64,000 nucleotides of DNA, taken from Squalus acanthias. Taxonomy: Eukaryota. Every line of letters begins with the position of its first letter. Positions within the stretch are counted from its first letter, which is position 1. The notes beneath the pieces are model-generated. The model did no database searches and had not been told where the DNA came from. It worked only from the letters and a program-made list of their open reading frames with translations. The position numbers were made by a program, and so were the translations under genes. The DNA lies in contig CM059432.1 in assembly GCA_030390025.1 (NCBI GenBank), positions 112,532,001 through 112,596,000 on the forward strand, in the 5' to 3' direction. This document shows, one piece after another, positions 1-11,336 of this stretch.

Positions 1-40
1 TTAATGTCTTCTGATAAATTTCTATAATATATGAGAGACA

Positions 41-200
41 ATCCCTCTATCTCTCTCTCTCTCTATCCCCCTCTCGCCTTTCATTCTCCCGCTTTTTTCT
101 CTCTCATCTTTTACTCTTTCAATCTCCTTTTCCTTCTCTCTCCACTTATCTTTCTCACTCTCCTCCCTCTCTCGCCTCTTAAACAAAGAAAGAAAAAAGA
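41..200. repeat. CT-rich low-complexity / degenerate (CT)n tract
   Basis: Runs of ctctct and ctcc; the ORFs here are low-complexity artefacts. Confidence 0.8.
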
Positions 201-1731
201 GGACTGTTTGTATGAGTGAGTATAAGAGAGAAAACACACACGGTAATAGACTGATCTCAGACTTGGATCACGTCCAGTGCCTGTCTCAGCACATTTTAAT
301 TCAGTTCTTTCTACTCGGGCCCACTGCTAGTATGGCTGTGTTACCAATGGAATGTTGTTGCTTAATGGAGAAGAAACCTGTGATAAGTACTTGATAATTC
401 AAGGCTCACATGCATGGGCTGTGCAAAAACATGGAGCTGGAGCTGCAAGATCAATGACTGAGCAATCCTGAAATATGAATCTGACTAGAGGTCTCGTAGT
501 AGTATGTGTAAAACCTTATCCTGCTCTGCAGCAAGTCCAACCTGACTTTGTAATCATGTTTAAAATATTACTTTTTCTTGTAGTAAAAGAATTTTCTTTA
601 GTCAGCAAGCATGAAAAATAATCTCACAGCATTCAGGATTGTTATTTTATGTGCGTGAAATATCACTCAATGGTCAGCAGAATCCTGTGGTGTTCCAGAA
701 TTCATTTGAAGTTGTGATTGAGATTATACTTTGAGGGCAACTATACTTCACTGTGTCAAAGACCAGTAGGATATAGGTATCCCACACATTGAGCTTGCTT
801 CATCTACCAGGGGAGACACCAAGTGGAGGCACATGATTCGCCAAAGGGAGAGAAAGAAGATACATGGTCATAAGAACATAAGAATTAGGAGCAGGAGTAG
901 GCCATAGGGCCCCTCGAGCCTGCTCCACCATTCAATAAGATCATGGCTGATCATCGACCTCAACTCCACTTTCCCGCCCGATCTCCATATCCCTTGATTC
1001 CCCTAGCGTCCAAAAATCTAACTATCTCGGCCTTGAATATAATCAAAGACTCAGCATTCACAGCCCTCTGGGGCAGAGAATTCCAAAGATTCACAACCCT
1101 CTGAGTGAAGAAATTCCTCCTCACTTCAGTCTTAAATGGCTGACCCCTTATCCTGAGACTATGCCCCCTAGTTCTAGACACTCCAGCCAGGGGAAACAAC
1201 CTCTCAGCATCTACCCTGTCAATCCCCTTCAGAATCTTGTATGTTTCAATGAAATCACCTCTCATTCTTCTAAACTCCAGAGAGTATAGGCCCATTCTAC
1301 ACAATCTCTCATCATAGGACAACTCTCTTATCCCAGGAATCAATCTAGTGAACCTTCGTTGCACCACCTCCAAGGCAAGTATATACTTCCTTAGATAAGG
1401 AGACCAAAACTCTGCACAGTACTCCAGGTGTGGTCTCACCAAGGCCCTGTACAATTGTAGCAAGACTTCCTTACTCTTATACTCCAACCCTCTTGCAATA
1501 AAGGCCAACATGCCATTTGCCTTCCTTATTTCTTGCTATACCTGCATGCTAGCTTTCTGTGTTTCTTGCTCGAGGACACCCAAATCTCTCTGAACACCAA
1601 CATTTGAAAGTTTCTCATTATTTAAAAAATATTCTGTTTTTCTATTCTTCCTACCAAAATGAATAACCTCACATTTCCCTACATTATACTCCATCTGCCA
1701 CCTTACTGCCCACTCACTTTGTCTATCTATA

Positions 1732-2050
1732 GGCAACACGGTGGCATAGTGGTTAGCACTGTTGCCTCACAGCGCCAGGGACTCGGGTTCGAATCTGGCC
1801 GAGGGTGACTGTCTGTGTGGAGTTTGCACATTCTCCCCGTGTCTGCGTGGGTTTCCTCCGGGTGCTCCGGTTTCCTCCCACAGTCCAAAGATGTGCGGGT
1901 TAGGTTGATTTGGCTTTGATAAATTGACCCTTAGTGTTAGGGGGGATTAAATACGTGGGGTTACGGGGATAGGGTGGGATATGTGTCGGTGCAGGCTCGA
2001 TGGGCCGAAATGGCCTCTATCTGCACTGTGGGGATTCTGTGATTCTGTGA
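1732..2050 (+). mobile_element. tRNA-derived SINE, HE1-like (V-SINE) with CR1-type 3' tail
   Basis: A box tggcatagtgg, B box ggttcgaatc, V-domain-like tgtggagtttgcacattctccccgtgtctgcgtgggtttcctccggg, tail gatgggccgaaatggcctc...(gattctgt)2. Family name from memory. Confidence 0.9.
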
Positions 2051-2589
2051 TATCCCTTTGCAGACTCTTTGGGCTCGATTTTGCCAAGCACAAGGAGGCG
2101 GGTTTGGAGGTATGCGAGGTGGTAAAATCGCCAAAAATGGCGGGCGGGCCCGATCCCGCCTCCATCCTGCCTCTGAGCAATTTTCCCAAATGCGTGTTTT
2201 CTGACCCCCTTTCCATCCCGCCTCCAAGGCGGGATAGGCCCTTAACAGCCCCTTAATTGCCTCGTTTATCCCATTTTGAGAGGCCTTTCCGATTTTTAGA
2301 TATTTCCTCCATCCTCCATGCCTCCTCTGGAACACGCCAGGTAATCCTGGCGGCCTCACAATTGGATTGCTTACTAACAGCTGCAGCTTCACCATTACAA
2401 AGGAGTTTTCACCAGTGATCATTTGCAGGTGGCAGAACTTTGTTGTCTCAGGTCTGGGCGAGCTTTTAGCAGGCCTACTCATTGTTGTGGAAGTTTGGAG
2501 CCTGACACCCATCTCCAGTGTGACCTCCTGGGAAACCCCTCTCCCCACCTTGACTGAGCGCTTCCTCAACTGAGGCATATACCAGAAGC

Positions 2590-2955
2590 ATGGCGACCAT
2601 TTAATTCCTTTGCTCCTGGACATCAGATTTGGACGAAGACCAGCCGTGGCAGCAGCAGAACCATGAACAACAGCAGCACCAACAGCAGGAGTATCAACAG
2701 GAGCGCCAAGCTGCTAGTCACCCACCTGAAGCTGCACAGGCCAGAAGGCGACAGCGCGCGACAACATTGGTGCAAGGGATGCACTCACGTTGGCCAGATT
2801 TGGTGAGCCTGCACAATCAAACACTTTTGTCTCGCACCTTCTTACCAGAGCATCCACAATGGACAAGAACCTGCGGATTCCTAACACTCTGACCACCATA
2901 CTGACAATTGCAAGGCGCCCTAAGCCCTCAATGTGAGAGGCCCATTTGCGAAATG
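2590..2955 (+). pseudogene. Stub of Harbinger transposase gene (Q/R-rich N-terminal leader, catalytic core deleted)
   Basis: ATG at 2590, then a Q/R-rich frame (QQQNHEQQQ...ARRRQRA) similar in composition and position to the N-termini of the transposases at 13201 and 20357; no DDE motifs follow. Confidence 0.5.
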
Positions 2956-3059
2956 ACACAGGCCACAACTTCAACAGTTTGCTATCAAATCTGTTTATAA
3001 TACAATGACAATGATGGCTGGTCCAAATACATTACATCACAGCACCCAAGTGACTACCC

Positions 3060-5360
3060 TTGTGAATACTTGTGCTTTATCTTCCTCTTACGCGTGCTCC
3101 TACATGGTGCTTCTCCTGTGGCTTCAGCAGATGTGGAGGCCCCTTGCTCACTTTCTTGCTGCTCCTGTCTCGACGCCTTTGGCGGCCGTCCTCTGGGGTG
3201 GCGAACCTGTGTGGGATCGCCAACAGTCTGCTGCTCCTGCAGCCGTACAGGGGCTGAGATGCCCATCTCAGTTGGGTGAAAACTCTGGTGGGGCTCTGAC
3301 CGAGGGCTCTGCAGTGGCATGGCCGTGTGAGCGCTTGGAGAGGAGCCCCCACTTCACAGAATCACAGAATCCCCACAGTGCAGATAGAGGCCATTTCGGC
3401 CCATCGAGCCTGCACCGATACATATCCCACACTATCCCCGTAACCCCACGTATTTAATCCCCCTAACACTAAGGGTCAATTTATCATAGCCAAATCAACC
3501 TAACCCGCACATCTTTGGACTGTGGGAGGAAACCGGAGCACCCGGAGGAAACCCACGCAAACACTGGGAGAATGTGCAAACTCCACACAGACAGTCACCC
3601 AAGGCCGGATTCGAACCCGGGTCCCTGGCGCTGTGAGGCAACAGTGCTAACTACTATGCCACTTCCTTGTTCTTTGCCACCAACATCCCTCTCATGGGTC
3701 AGCCCCACTTCAGAGCTAGCAAGTGGCTTGACAGCACCTTGCTGCACTTCAGGGAGGCCATGAGGACCCGTTTCTGCACTGGAAGTCCTACTCCAGATGA
3801 ATTCCATGAAGGTCTGGTTTGTATGCTCAATAGCTGACCATCACTCCTCAAGAGATGTCATTCTTGTCTGAACAATTACCATGTTTTCCATACCCTGGCG
3901 ACTAAGCTCCTCCATTGCCGTAGCCATCTTCTCCTCGACCGTAGATATCCTCACCTCGACCATAGCCAGCCTTACCACGGAGTTAGCCGTCCTTTCCACG
4001 GAGGTTGCCATCCTTTCTGCGGTGATGCATTCATGCGCCAATGCCTCCACAAAGGCTCTGCTCATGTTCGCGATGGACTCCTCCATTCGCTCCACACTTG
4101 CAGCGACCCTGGAGACAAAACCTGCCAGAGACTCCTGCACCTGTTCCTGGAGTTCCAGCACCGCTCTCCTTCTGGATGGACCCGAAGGCACAGGGTCGAC
4201 ATGCAGCTGAGCCGAGCTGGCAGAGTCCTGCGCCCTCCGACGAGGACTCTCCACTGCTGACCCTGTCTCCACACTCTGCTGATGCTCACTTGTGAGCTGT
4301 GATACACCAGGTGCCAACACTACTCTATCTCGCGAAGGTCCCACCGAGGTGTGAGTGTCTGCGCTGGTGCTGGGTGCGATGAATTCTGCTGACGCTGCGC
4401 CCTCAGAAGTTGCAGCTTCCTCTGAGGAGTCTGGAAGCTCAGGCTCTTCCTCCTGGACAGTGTCCAGTGGCTTTCGATGGTCCTGTGGGGAGTAAAGAAA
4501 AGAGTTAGAGATGTGAGGTCAAGGTTACATGCACATTGAATAGTGCAGATGATCATAAGTCAATCTGTTAGAGCATCAGATTCATTATCAGTGACTCATG
4601 CAATGTCAATGAGAGAGATGCTAAACTATTCTGTCACCAGCTTGCTGTGATGCGCCCATCAGTCCGTCCCCCTCTAGGGTATCGTCCATGATCCCAGCAA
4701 TTTCCAGGGCCGCCTCCTTGCAGGGGGTGAGCTGGGCTACTGAGGGTGGCCTCCTCCTGTCATGGCTCTTTCCCTCTTATTGTGGTCTTTCTTTTCCTGC
4801 AATGAGGGACACAGTGGAGTTTGAGTGATAATGAAGGAGTGAGTGTAGAGGATCCATAGCATAGATGCTTAGAAGGATACAAAGGACCCTTCCTGTGTGT
4901 TGTAAGTTGTTGTTGTCATTGCATCACAGTGATAGGGAATGTGAGGGCTGCATAGTCGAATAGTTAAGTGAATGTGACCATAGAGAGAGAGGGAATGGGT
5001 AAGGGTGCAGGGATGTAAGTGTCAAGTGGGATGTGGAGGAAGAGGTTGGAAAAGCAGAGTGCTGGTGAGGAGAGGCGATGGGGATCAGATTGAGGTTAAT
5101 GGGAAAGTCATACTCACTTTTCCTGTGCGGAGAAGGTCATGAAACCTCTTCCTGCATTGCAGCCAGGTTCTGCGGCTCATTGAAATGGAGTTGACCTCAT
5201 GGGCCGCTTGCAGCCACACAGCTTTTGTCTGCTGGGGTGGCTTTTTTCTCCCTGAGGAAGGGAACAGCACCTCCTTATTACATCTGGCTCCGTGCACCAG
5301 AGCTCGGAGGGAGGGCTCATCAAACCGAGGTGCACACTTTTGCTTGATCGTTGATATTGT
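3060..5360 (-). pseudogene. Harbinger Myb/SANT-like DNA-binding protein gene, three exons, disrupted
   Basis: Exon 1 encodes APRFDEPSLRALV...LFPSSGRKKPPQQTKAVWLQAAHEVNS...RTWLQCRKRFHDL with donor AAA|GTGAGT at 5117. Exon 2 (4796-4638) encodes EKKDHNKRERAMTGGG-PP...LTP with a 1-bp frameshift. Exon 3 starts at 4482 and has a coiled-coil region, a stop at 3841 and a SINE insertion. Confidence 0.85.
3356..3662 (-). mobile_element. HE1-like SINE inserted in Myb exon 3
   Basis: Reverse complement nearly identical to 1741-2050; ccacttc on both sides. Confidence 0.9.
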
Positions 5361-5492
5361 CGGGAAATCAACCCCTTCATACAATTTGCAGAGCCTTTGC
5401 TGTCTCCAGAAGAAGCAAGACTGCTTGCAGGCCTTAAATCCAGAAGCTTGATGACGTTATCGGAGGTGACTTTCTGTATGACGAGACTCATT

Positions 5493-6336
5493 GGGCTGGA
5501 TTTTCCAAGCCCCGAGGAGGCGGGCATGGAGGCGGGACAGCCGGTAAAATCGGAGAAAGTGGGGGCGGATGGCAAACCCGTCCCCATCCCGCCTCCGTGC
5601 CCTTTTGCCAGGAGGCGGGAAGATGTGCCGCTTCAGGTCCCGTCTCCTGGAGGCGGGAAAGGCTTTTAATCCTTTTAACTGCCTGTTAACAGGTAGTTAA
5701 CAGGCAGAAAAAGGATTAGTGCCATTTTACCTTCACAGGTGAAGGCTTCCCGACCTCGTAGAACCCCGCCGGGTTGGAGGAGACGTGGAGGAGGTCTGCG
5801 CTGGTCGTAGGCACCTGGAAGTAAGGTGTAGAGGTGAGTGATGGGTGCAAGTGTGGAGTGGTAAGTATGTAAGGTGAGTGATAAGTTTTAAAAGTGTGCA
5901 CTTACCTTGTTTTCTTTCTACAGCCTTTAGCCGTGCTGGATGGGGAGAGCCGATATTCTCCTTGTCAATTTCACATAATGGCTGTTGGATCCTCCGATCT
6001 TACAGACATGTGAAATTTACAACGTTGAAAGGTTTGATGAGTCCTCACCACAAAGGCTCATCAAACTAAAAAGAATGGCAGTGTTTGACAGCTTCACAGA
6101 GCTGTCAAATGCTGACATTTCTTCTTTGAAGAAGTCTTGACAGATAGCACATCTGATGTTGACGTGATCTGTCAGTGACTTCCTCCCTAATTGTCCTGCT
6201 GAGCCCGCAGGGCGGGTTTAACAAGCTCAATCAGGGGAAAATCCCTCTGATTGGTCAGGCAAGGATGGAGGCGGGACATTGACACGACAAGCAGCTGTCC
6301 CGCCTCCAATTCGCCTCCATTCACAAAATCCAGCCC
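5493..6336. mobile_element. Harbinger MITE (844 bp) nested in the Harbinger element
   Basis: Perfect 12-bp TIR gggctggatttt / aaaatccagccc; TSD ATT (5490-5492, 6337-6339); no recognisable coding sequence. Confidence 0.92.
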
Positions 6337-7078
6337 ATTGGGCCAGGGGTTCCCACACGCCGAATTAGGGGAAAATCCCACTTTTTCAACACTTCACTTA
6401 GGAGTCGGAGTGCTGACACGATTTCCACCTGACACTCCCCAGACCGCCCACACTGACAAAATCCAGCCCTTTGTGTTCTCCTCACAGCTTACTGTCCCAC
6501 CTAGCTTTGTATCATCAGCAAACTTGGATACATTACACTCGGTCCCTTCATCTAGGTCATTAATACACTGATCCTTGCGGCACCCCACTAGTTACAGCCT
6601 GCCAACCTGAAAAAGATCCGTTTATCCCTACTCTCTGTTTTCTGTCCGTTAACCAATCCTCTATCCATGCGACTATATTACTCCCAACCCCATGAGCCCT
6701 AATCTTGTGTAATAACCTTTTATGTGGCACCTTATCGAATGCCTTTTGGAAATCCAAATATACTACATCCACTGTTTCCCCCTTATCTACCCTGCTGGTT
6801 ACATCCTCAAAAACGCTAATAAATTTGTCAAACACAATTTCCCTTTCATAAAACCATGTTGACTCTGCCTAATCATGTTATGATTTTTAAAGTGCCCTGA
6901 TACCACTTCCTTAACAATTGATTCCAGCATTTTCCCGACGACTGATGTCAGGCTAACTGGCCTGTAGTTCCCTGTTTTTTCTCTCCCTCCTTTCTTAAAT
7001 AGCAGGGTTACATTTACGACCTTCCAATCCGCTGGGACCATTCTAGAATCTAGGAAATTTTGGAAGATCAAAACCAAT

Positions 7079-7850
7079 GGGGGCGATTTTGCCAGCCCTG
7101 GGGAGGCGGGACTGCCGGGAAAATGGCAGAATCTGGGGCCCCCAACCCGCCTCCGTGCCATCTTCCCAGGAGGCGGGTACCCGACCCGCGCCGGGTCCCG
7201 TCTCCTCGAGGCGGTAAGGGGATTACAGCCACTTAACTACCTGTTAACAGGTAGTTAAGAGGATTATCCCCATTTTTCCAACAGAAGTGCGGGCTTCCCG
7301 ACGTCGTGAAACCCCGCCAAGGTCAGTGAGGCGAGCAGTGGGTCTGCGGGGGTGAGAGGGGTCCAAAAGTGCGTTATGGAGGTGAGTGATGAGTGCAAGT
7401 GTGGAGAGGTAAGTATGTGAGGTGAGTGAAAAGTGTTAGAAAAAGTTTGCTTACCTTTGTTTCTTCCTGCAGGCTTCAATCGTTGGGGATCCGGAGGCTC
7501 CGAATGGCAGAGATGACAGAATGGCTGCTGCATTCTCCGATGCAACAGCCATCTGCTTTCTGCTCAGGAAATAGGTTTGGTGAGCCTTGAGTACAAGAAC
7601 TCACCAAACAACAGAGAATGTCAATGTTTGACAGCTTCTCAAAACTGTCAAAAGATGACAATTCATCCGTCAAAAATTTTTGACAGATGAAACGTCATAC
7701 GCTGACGTTCTCTGTCATCCGCTGGGCAGGCTTAACAAGGTCAATCAAGGGAAAATAGAGTGGGTTGGCCAGACGTTGATGGAGGCAGGACTAAAACCCG
7801 ACAAGCAGCAGTCCCGCCTCCAATGCGCCCCCATTGGCAAAATCATCCCC
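7079..7850. mobile_element. Harbinger MITE (772 bp), relative of 5493-6336
   Basis: TIR gggggcgattttgcca / tggcaaaatcatcccc; imperfect TSD aat/ata; interrupts CR1; collinear similarity to 5493-6336. Confidence 0.88.
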
Positions 7851-8319
7851 ATAGCCTCCATTATCTCTTCAGCCACCTATTTTAGAACCCTACGATGTAG
7901 GCCGTCAGGTCCAGGGGATTTGTCGGCTTTTAGTCCCATTAGCTTCTCTAGTACTTTGCTCTCCTTATATTAATTACATCCAGGTCACGCTCACGTAACT
8001 CCTAGGAAGCTGACCTATTGGCTGGAGAGTTGTTTGTAACACAAGCCCACATTTGGTTTGCTATCAAAAGAGAGGGAGGGAAAGGAAAACAAAATGTACA
8101 TGTTGATGCACCAATTCTTTGTTCAGTTGGGAGGGGGACAGAGTTGCAGAACTCGAGCTTTTGCTTGATGTCTGTCTTGTACTTAATTCTTTATCTTGGT
8201 CAGATCATTGCGAGCAGGCTACCTCATACATCATTTGCCAGTTATGAGCCCAATCTCCCAATACATTAAGATCCGCCTGAAGCAGATGAGCGTCGTCTAC
8301 AGTCCGAATACTCACACAG

Positions 8320-8385
8320 ATCTCAGTATCATCTGCAAATTTGCAGATCGTGCCCCCAACACCTACATCCAGATCATTAATAAAG
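8320..8385 (-). mobile_element. Small old CR1 RT fragment
   Basis: Minus-strand translation INDLDVGVGGTICKFADDT. Confidence 0.6.
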
Positions 8386-8527
8386 AGTAAAGAGAGTTGT
8401 AAGTGAGAATCACAGGAAGGACCTCATAGACCCCTATCACTTGCCTTCAGTTGACTTGTTCCAAAGAAAGCTCTTGGTAGAGGCCTGGAGACATGCCATC
8501 CAGACGCTCAGAGGCTGCATAGTGAGG

Positions 8528-8944
8528 CCCGATACGAGACACCCAAAACAAGCGCTCTACTCGGAGCTCTGGCACGGCAAGAGAGCCGCAGGTGGGCAGA
8601 GGAAACGCTTCAAGGACACCCTCAAAGCCTCCTTGAAAAAGTATAACATCCCCACCGACACCTGGGAATCCCTGGCCCAAGACCGTACAAAGTGGAGGAG
8701 AAGCATCCGGGAAGGCGCCGAACACCTCGAGTCTCTTCGCCGGGAGCAAGCGGAAGCCAAGCGCAGGCAGCGCAAGGAGCGCACGTCATCCCAAGCACCC
8801 CACCCACCCGCCCCTTCAACCACCGTCTGCCCCACCTGTGACAGAGACTGTAGGTCCCGCATTGGACTCATCAGTCACCTGCGAACTCATTTTTAATGTG
8901 GAAGCAAGTCATCCTCGGTTCCGAGGGATTGCCTAAGAAGAAGA
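8528..8944 (+). mobile_element. RTE-clade LINE, 5'-truncated 3' end
   Basis: ORF 8441-8896 C-terminus PKQALYSEL..GKR..GGQRKRFKDTLKASLK..W...AQDR..WR, C2H2 motif CPTCDRDCRSRIGLISHLRTH, (aag)n tail, TSD agtgagg (8521-8527, 8945-8951). Confidence 0.9.
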
Positions 8945-9269
8945 AGTGAGGGTAGGCCCCTGAAGGGTGAAAAAGAAGGCAGCTCACTAAATCTTCACTG
9001 CAAGCCTAACTCCAGGTGTGAGTGCCACAATCTTGTTTTTCCTTCCTGGAGAAACAACAGGCCGTTTAGTTTTAATAGAGGGCTTTCACTGTTGCTGGGT
9101 TAACTCTTAATTCTATTACTTTCTCTCACCATGAAGCAAAAAAAAGGCAAAACAAATTACAAGATCAACTCAGTAGAAGTATGAGGAATCTGGCCCAGTT
9201 GGAAGCATGCAAAATCAATCTTCAAGGAAACCGTGATGCTTTGTGAGAACCCATGCCAACTGTGGGAGA

Positions 9270-10080
9270 GTCATTCAGGAGGGGTCACTGTGGTGTGGTG
9301 TTACCATGCCAGAGCTGTCACTATGTTTTGGTCACTGTACAGGAGAAGGCACTGTGATGTTACACAAGAAATGTTAGTGTGGTCTAGTGTTATAATATAA
9401 GAGATGTTACTGTGGTCTGGTGTTGTTACACAGGAAGTGTCACTGTTTGGTGATACTATATGGGTCGTGTCACTGTGTTAGAAAGACTTGCATTTATATA
9501 GTGCCTTTCACAAACTCAGGACGTTCCCAAAGCGCTTCATAGCCAGTTAAGTATTTTTGAAGTGTAGTCACTGTTGTAATGTAGGAAACACAGCAGCCAA
9601 TTGCACACAGCAAGCTCCCACAAACAGCAACGTGATAATGACTAGATAACCTATTTTGGTAATGATGATTCGTTGATATATTTTGGCCAGGACACCGGGG
9701 AGAACTACCCTGCTCTTCTTCGAAATAGTGCCATGGGATCTTTTATGTCCACCTGGGAGAGCAGATGGGGCCTCGGTTTAACATCTCATCTGAAAGACGG
9801 CACCTCTGACAGTGCAGCACTCCCTCAGTACTGCACTGGAGTGTCAGTCTAGATTATGTGCTCAAATCTCTGGAGTGGGACTTAAACCCACAACCTTCTG
9901 ACTCAGAGGCGAGATTGCTCCCACTGAGCCACAGCTGTTTAGTGATACTATAGGGTTGTGTCACTCTGGTTTGGTATAATATACAGGAGGGGTCACTGGT
10001 CTGCTCTTACTCTGTAGGAGGGTTCACTGTGGTCTGGTGATAATACAAAGGAGGTGTTTTTGTAGTTTGGTGGTGTTAGA
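9270..10080. repeat. Degenerate roughly 30-bp minisatellite (gtcactgtggtctggtg...aggag) split by a SINE
   Basis: Recurrent gtcactgtg(g/a)t units at 9270-9480 and 9937-10080. Confidence 0.65.
9481..9935 (-). mobile_element. SacSINE1-like Deu-domain SINE, full length
   Basis: Reverse complement matches the plus-strand copy at 46668-47132: tRNA head, Deu-like body, tail gtgaaaggcactatataatgcaagtctttc. Confidence 0.85.
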
Positions 10081-10477
10081 CAAATGATGGAAAGTGTTTA
10101 AAATTATTTTTCTATTAGGATTGAAACCATAATAAAGAAATCATATGTAGAACTTTTTCAAATATGCTTGCACCAAAACCTTGTACATAATTATTCAGGT
10201 TCCTCACAAATGAGTCTACCTGTTCTATAGTAGCTAGATAATGCTTTGACTTATTTATCATTAATTCTTTCTCACTCTTGTTCATAGAAATGAACTCTCC
10301 CACTCATCATCCAAATTATGCAATTTTTTGCTGGTGATTCTACGTGATTTCAAGACATTGAAATCTTTCAGATTACACGCTCTCAGTGTACAACCTCCTG
10401 TGCTCTTGAAGTGCAGTGGTTGAATCACATCTTGATCTCATTCATGACCTACAATGGGGTAATGAAAATCTTAATTT

Positions 10478-10830
10478 GGGAACTGGGTGGTTCCACTGGT
10501 TGGAGACTGATCTTTCACCTGTGGGACGAAGCTGGAATCCAGCCCAGATTGATGGGATGAAAAATTTTCTTTGTGAAATCAGTTTGGGCAATTTGAATCC
10601 AGTTCCGAGTGGGTTCGGGTCTACAGCACAAAACTATCCCTAATTCAGCATTAAATGGCATTCTTACTCGGAGGTCACAGGAAAGCTGGTGTGGGAAAGA
10701 AAAAGTGTGCAGTAGAGGGTGCTTTGCTGAGGTTGAGGCCAAGGCACGTTGTTGGAGCAGAGTAGAGGTAGTTTTACTCTGCATATGGCTATGCTTTTGC
10801 CTGACCCAGAAATTAGTCATGTTGGATTTG
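10478..10830 (+). mobile_element. LF-SINE-like ancient tRNA SINE
   Basis: Collinear blocks ctttcacct, gaatccagcccag, tgtgaaat(c)agtt, tccagttcc(g)agtgg, cacaaaac, ggttgaggc match my recollection of the LF-SINE consensus; the tail is homologous to 57598-57690. Confidence 0.6.
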
Positions 10831-10967
10831 GGGTCTGCTCCCAAGAACTAACATTCTTCATTTTGATGAGCACAAAAAAAAGCCTTTGTTTCTTTGAATC
10901 CAGAGAGTTTCATCATATTTCTTGCAATTCTGACTAACAGCTACCAGCTCCCATATTTGATGGCTCT

Positions 10968-11280
10968 ACAACAACACAAAAGCAGAATACTGCAGATGCT
11001 GGAAATCTGAAATAAAAACAGAAATTGCTGGAAAAACTCAGCAGGTCAGGCAGCATCTGTGGAGAGAGAAACAGAGTTAACGTTTCAGGTCGATGACCCT
11101 TCGTCAGAACTGGAACAAGTTAGAGATGTAACAGGTTTTAAGCATGTTCAGAGGCAGGGAAAGGGGGGAGGGGAGGAAAGAACAAAAGGGAAGGTCTGAT
11201 AGGCTGGAAGGCAGAAAAGATTAAAAGACAAAAGGGATAATACTGCAAGGTGAAAGGAGATGGTAATGGGACATAAAAAC
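10968..11280 (-). mobile_element. Penelope-like element 3'/pLTR fragment
   Basis: Highly similar to 17562-17790, the 3' end of the RT/GIY-YIG element in this window. Confidence 0.85.
11075..11111 (-). ncRNA. Minimal type-I hammerhead ribozyme motif (intact core)
   Basis: Minus strand AGUU-CUGACGA-A-GGGUC-AUC-GACCU-GAAA-CGUU-AACU: helix I AGUU/AACU, helix II GGGUC/GACCU, palindromic ACGU helix III, GUU triplet. Confidence 0.8.
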
Positions 11281-11336
11281 ACTGCACGAGGGACCTCCCA
11301 CCAGCGCTATTTAAAGGGATACATCCAACTTGCAAG

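Larger units (their letters stand above)
2071..6469. mobile_element. Non-autonomous PIF/Harbinger transposon (transposase deleted, Myb/SANT gene retained)
   Basis: TIRs gggctcgatttt / aaaatccagccc; 3-bp TSD TTT (2068-2070, 6470-6472) in a CR1; three-exon Myb/SANT gene remnant on the minus strand. Confidence 0.9.
870..7975 (-). mobile_element. 5'-truncated CR1 LINE split by nested insertions (CR1 pieces about 870-1731, 2051-2070, 6470-7078, 7851-7975)
   Basis: ORFs 960-1511, 1536-1739, 6394-6588, 6560-6835 and 6799-7161 give collinear CR1 ORF2 RT pieces ([43 protein letters not shown]). The 3' UTR is at about 870-960. CR1 sequence resumes across each insertion. Confidence 0.95.

Noticed and set aside
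1732..1810. tRNA gene (also the heads at 46668 and 60001)
   Set aside because: A and B boxes run into SINE bodies and tails; no complete cloverleaf is evident.
1961..2623. 220-aa ORF
   Set aside because: Crosses MITE-like terminal DNA, a CR1 sliver and a SINE; chance open frame in GC-rich repeats.
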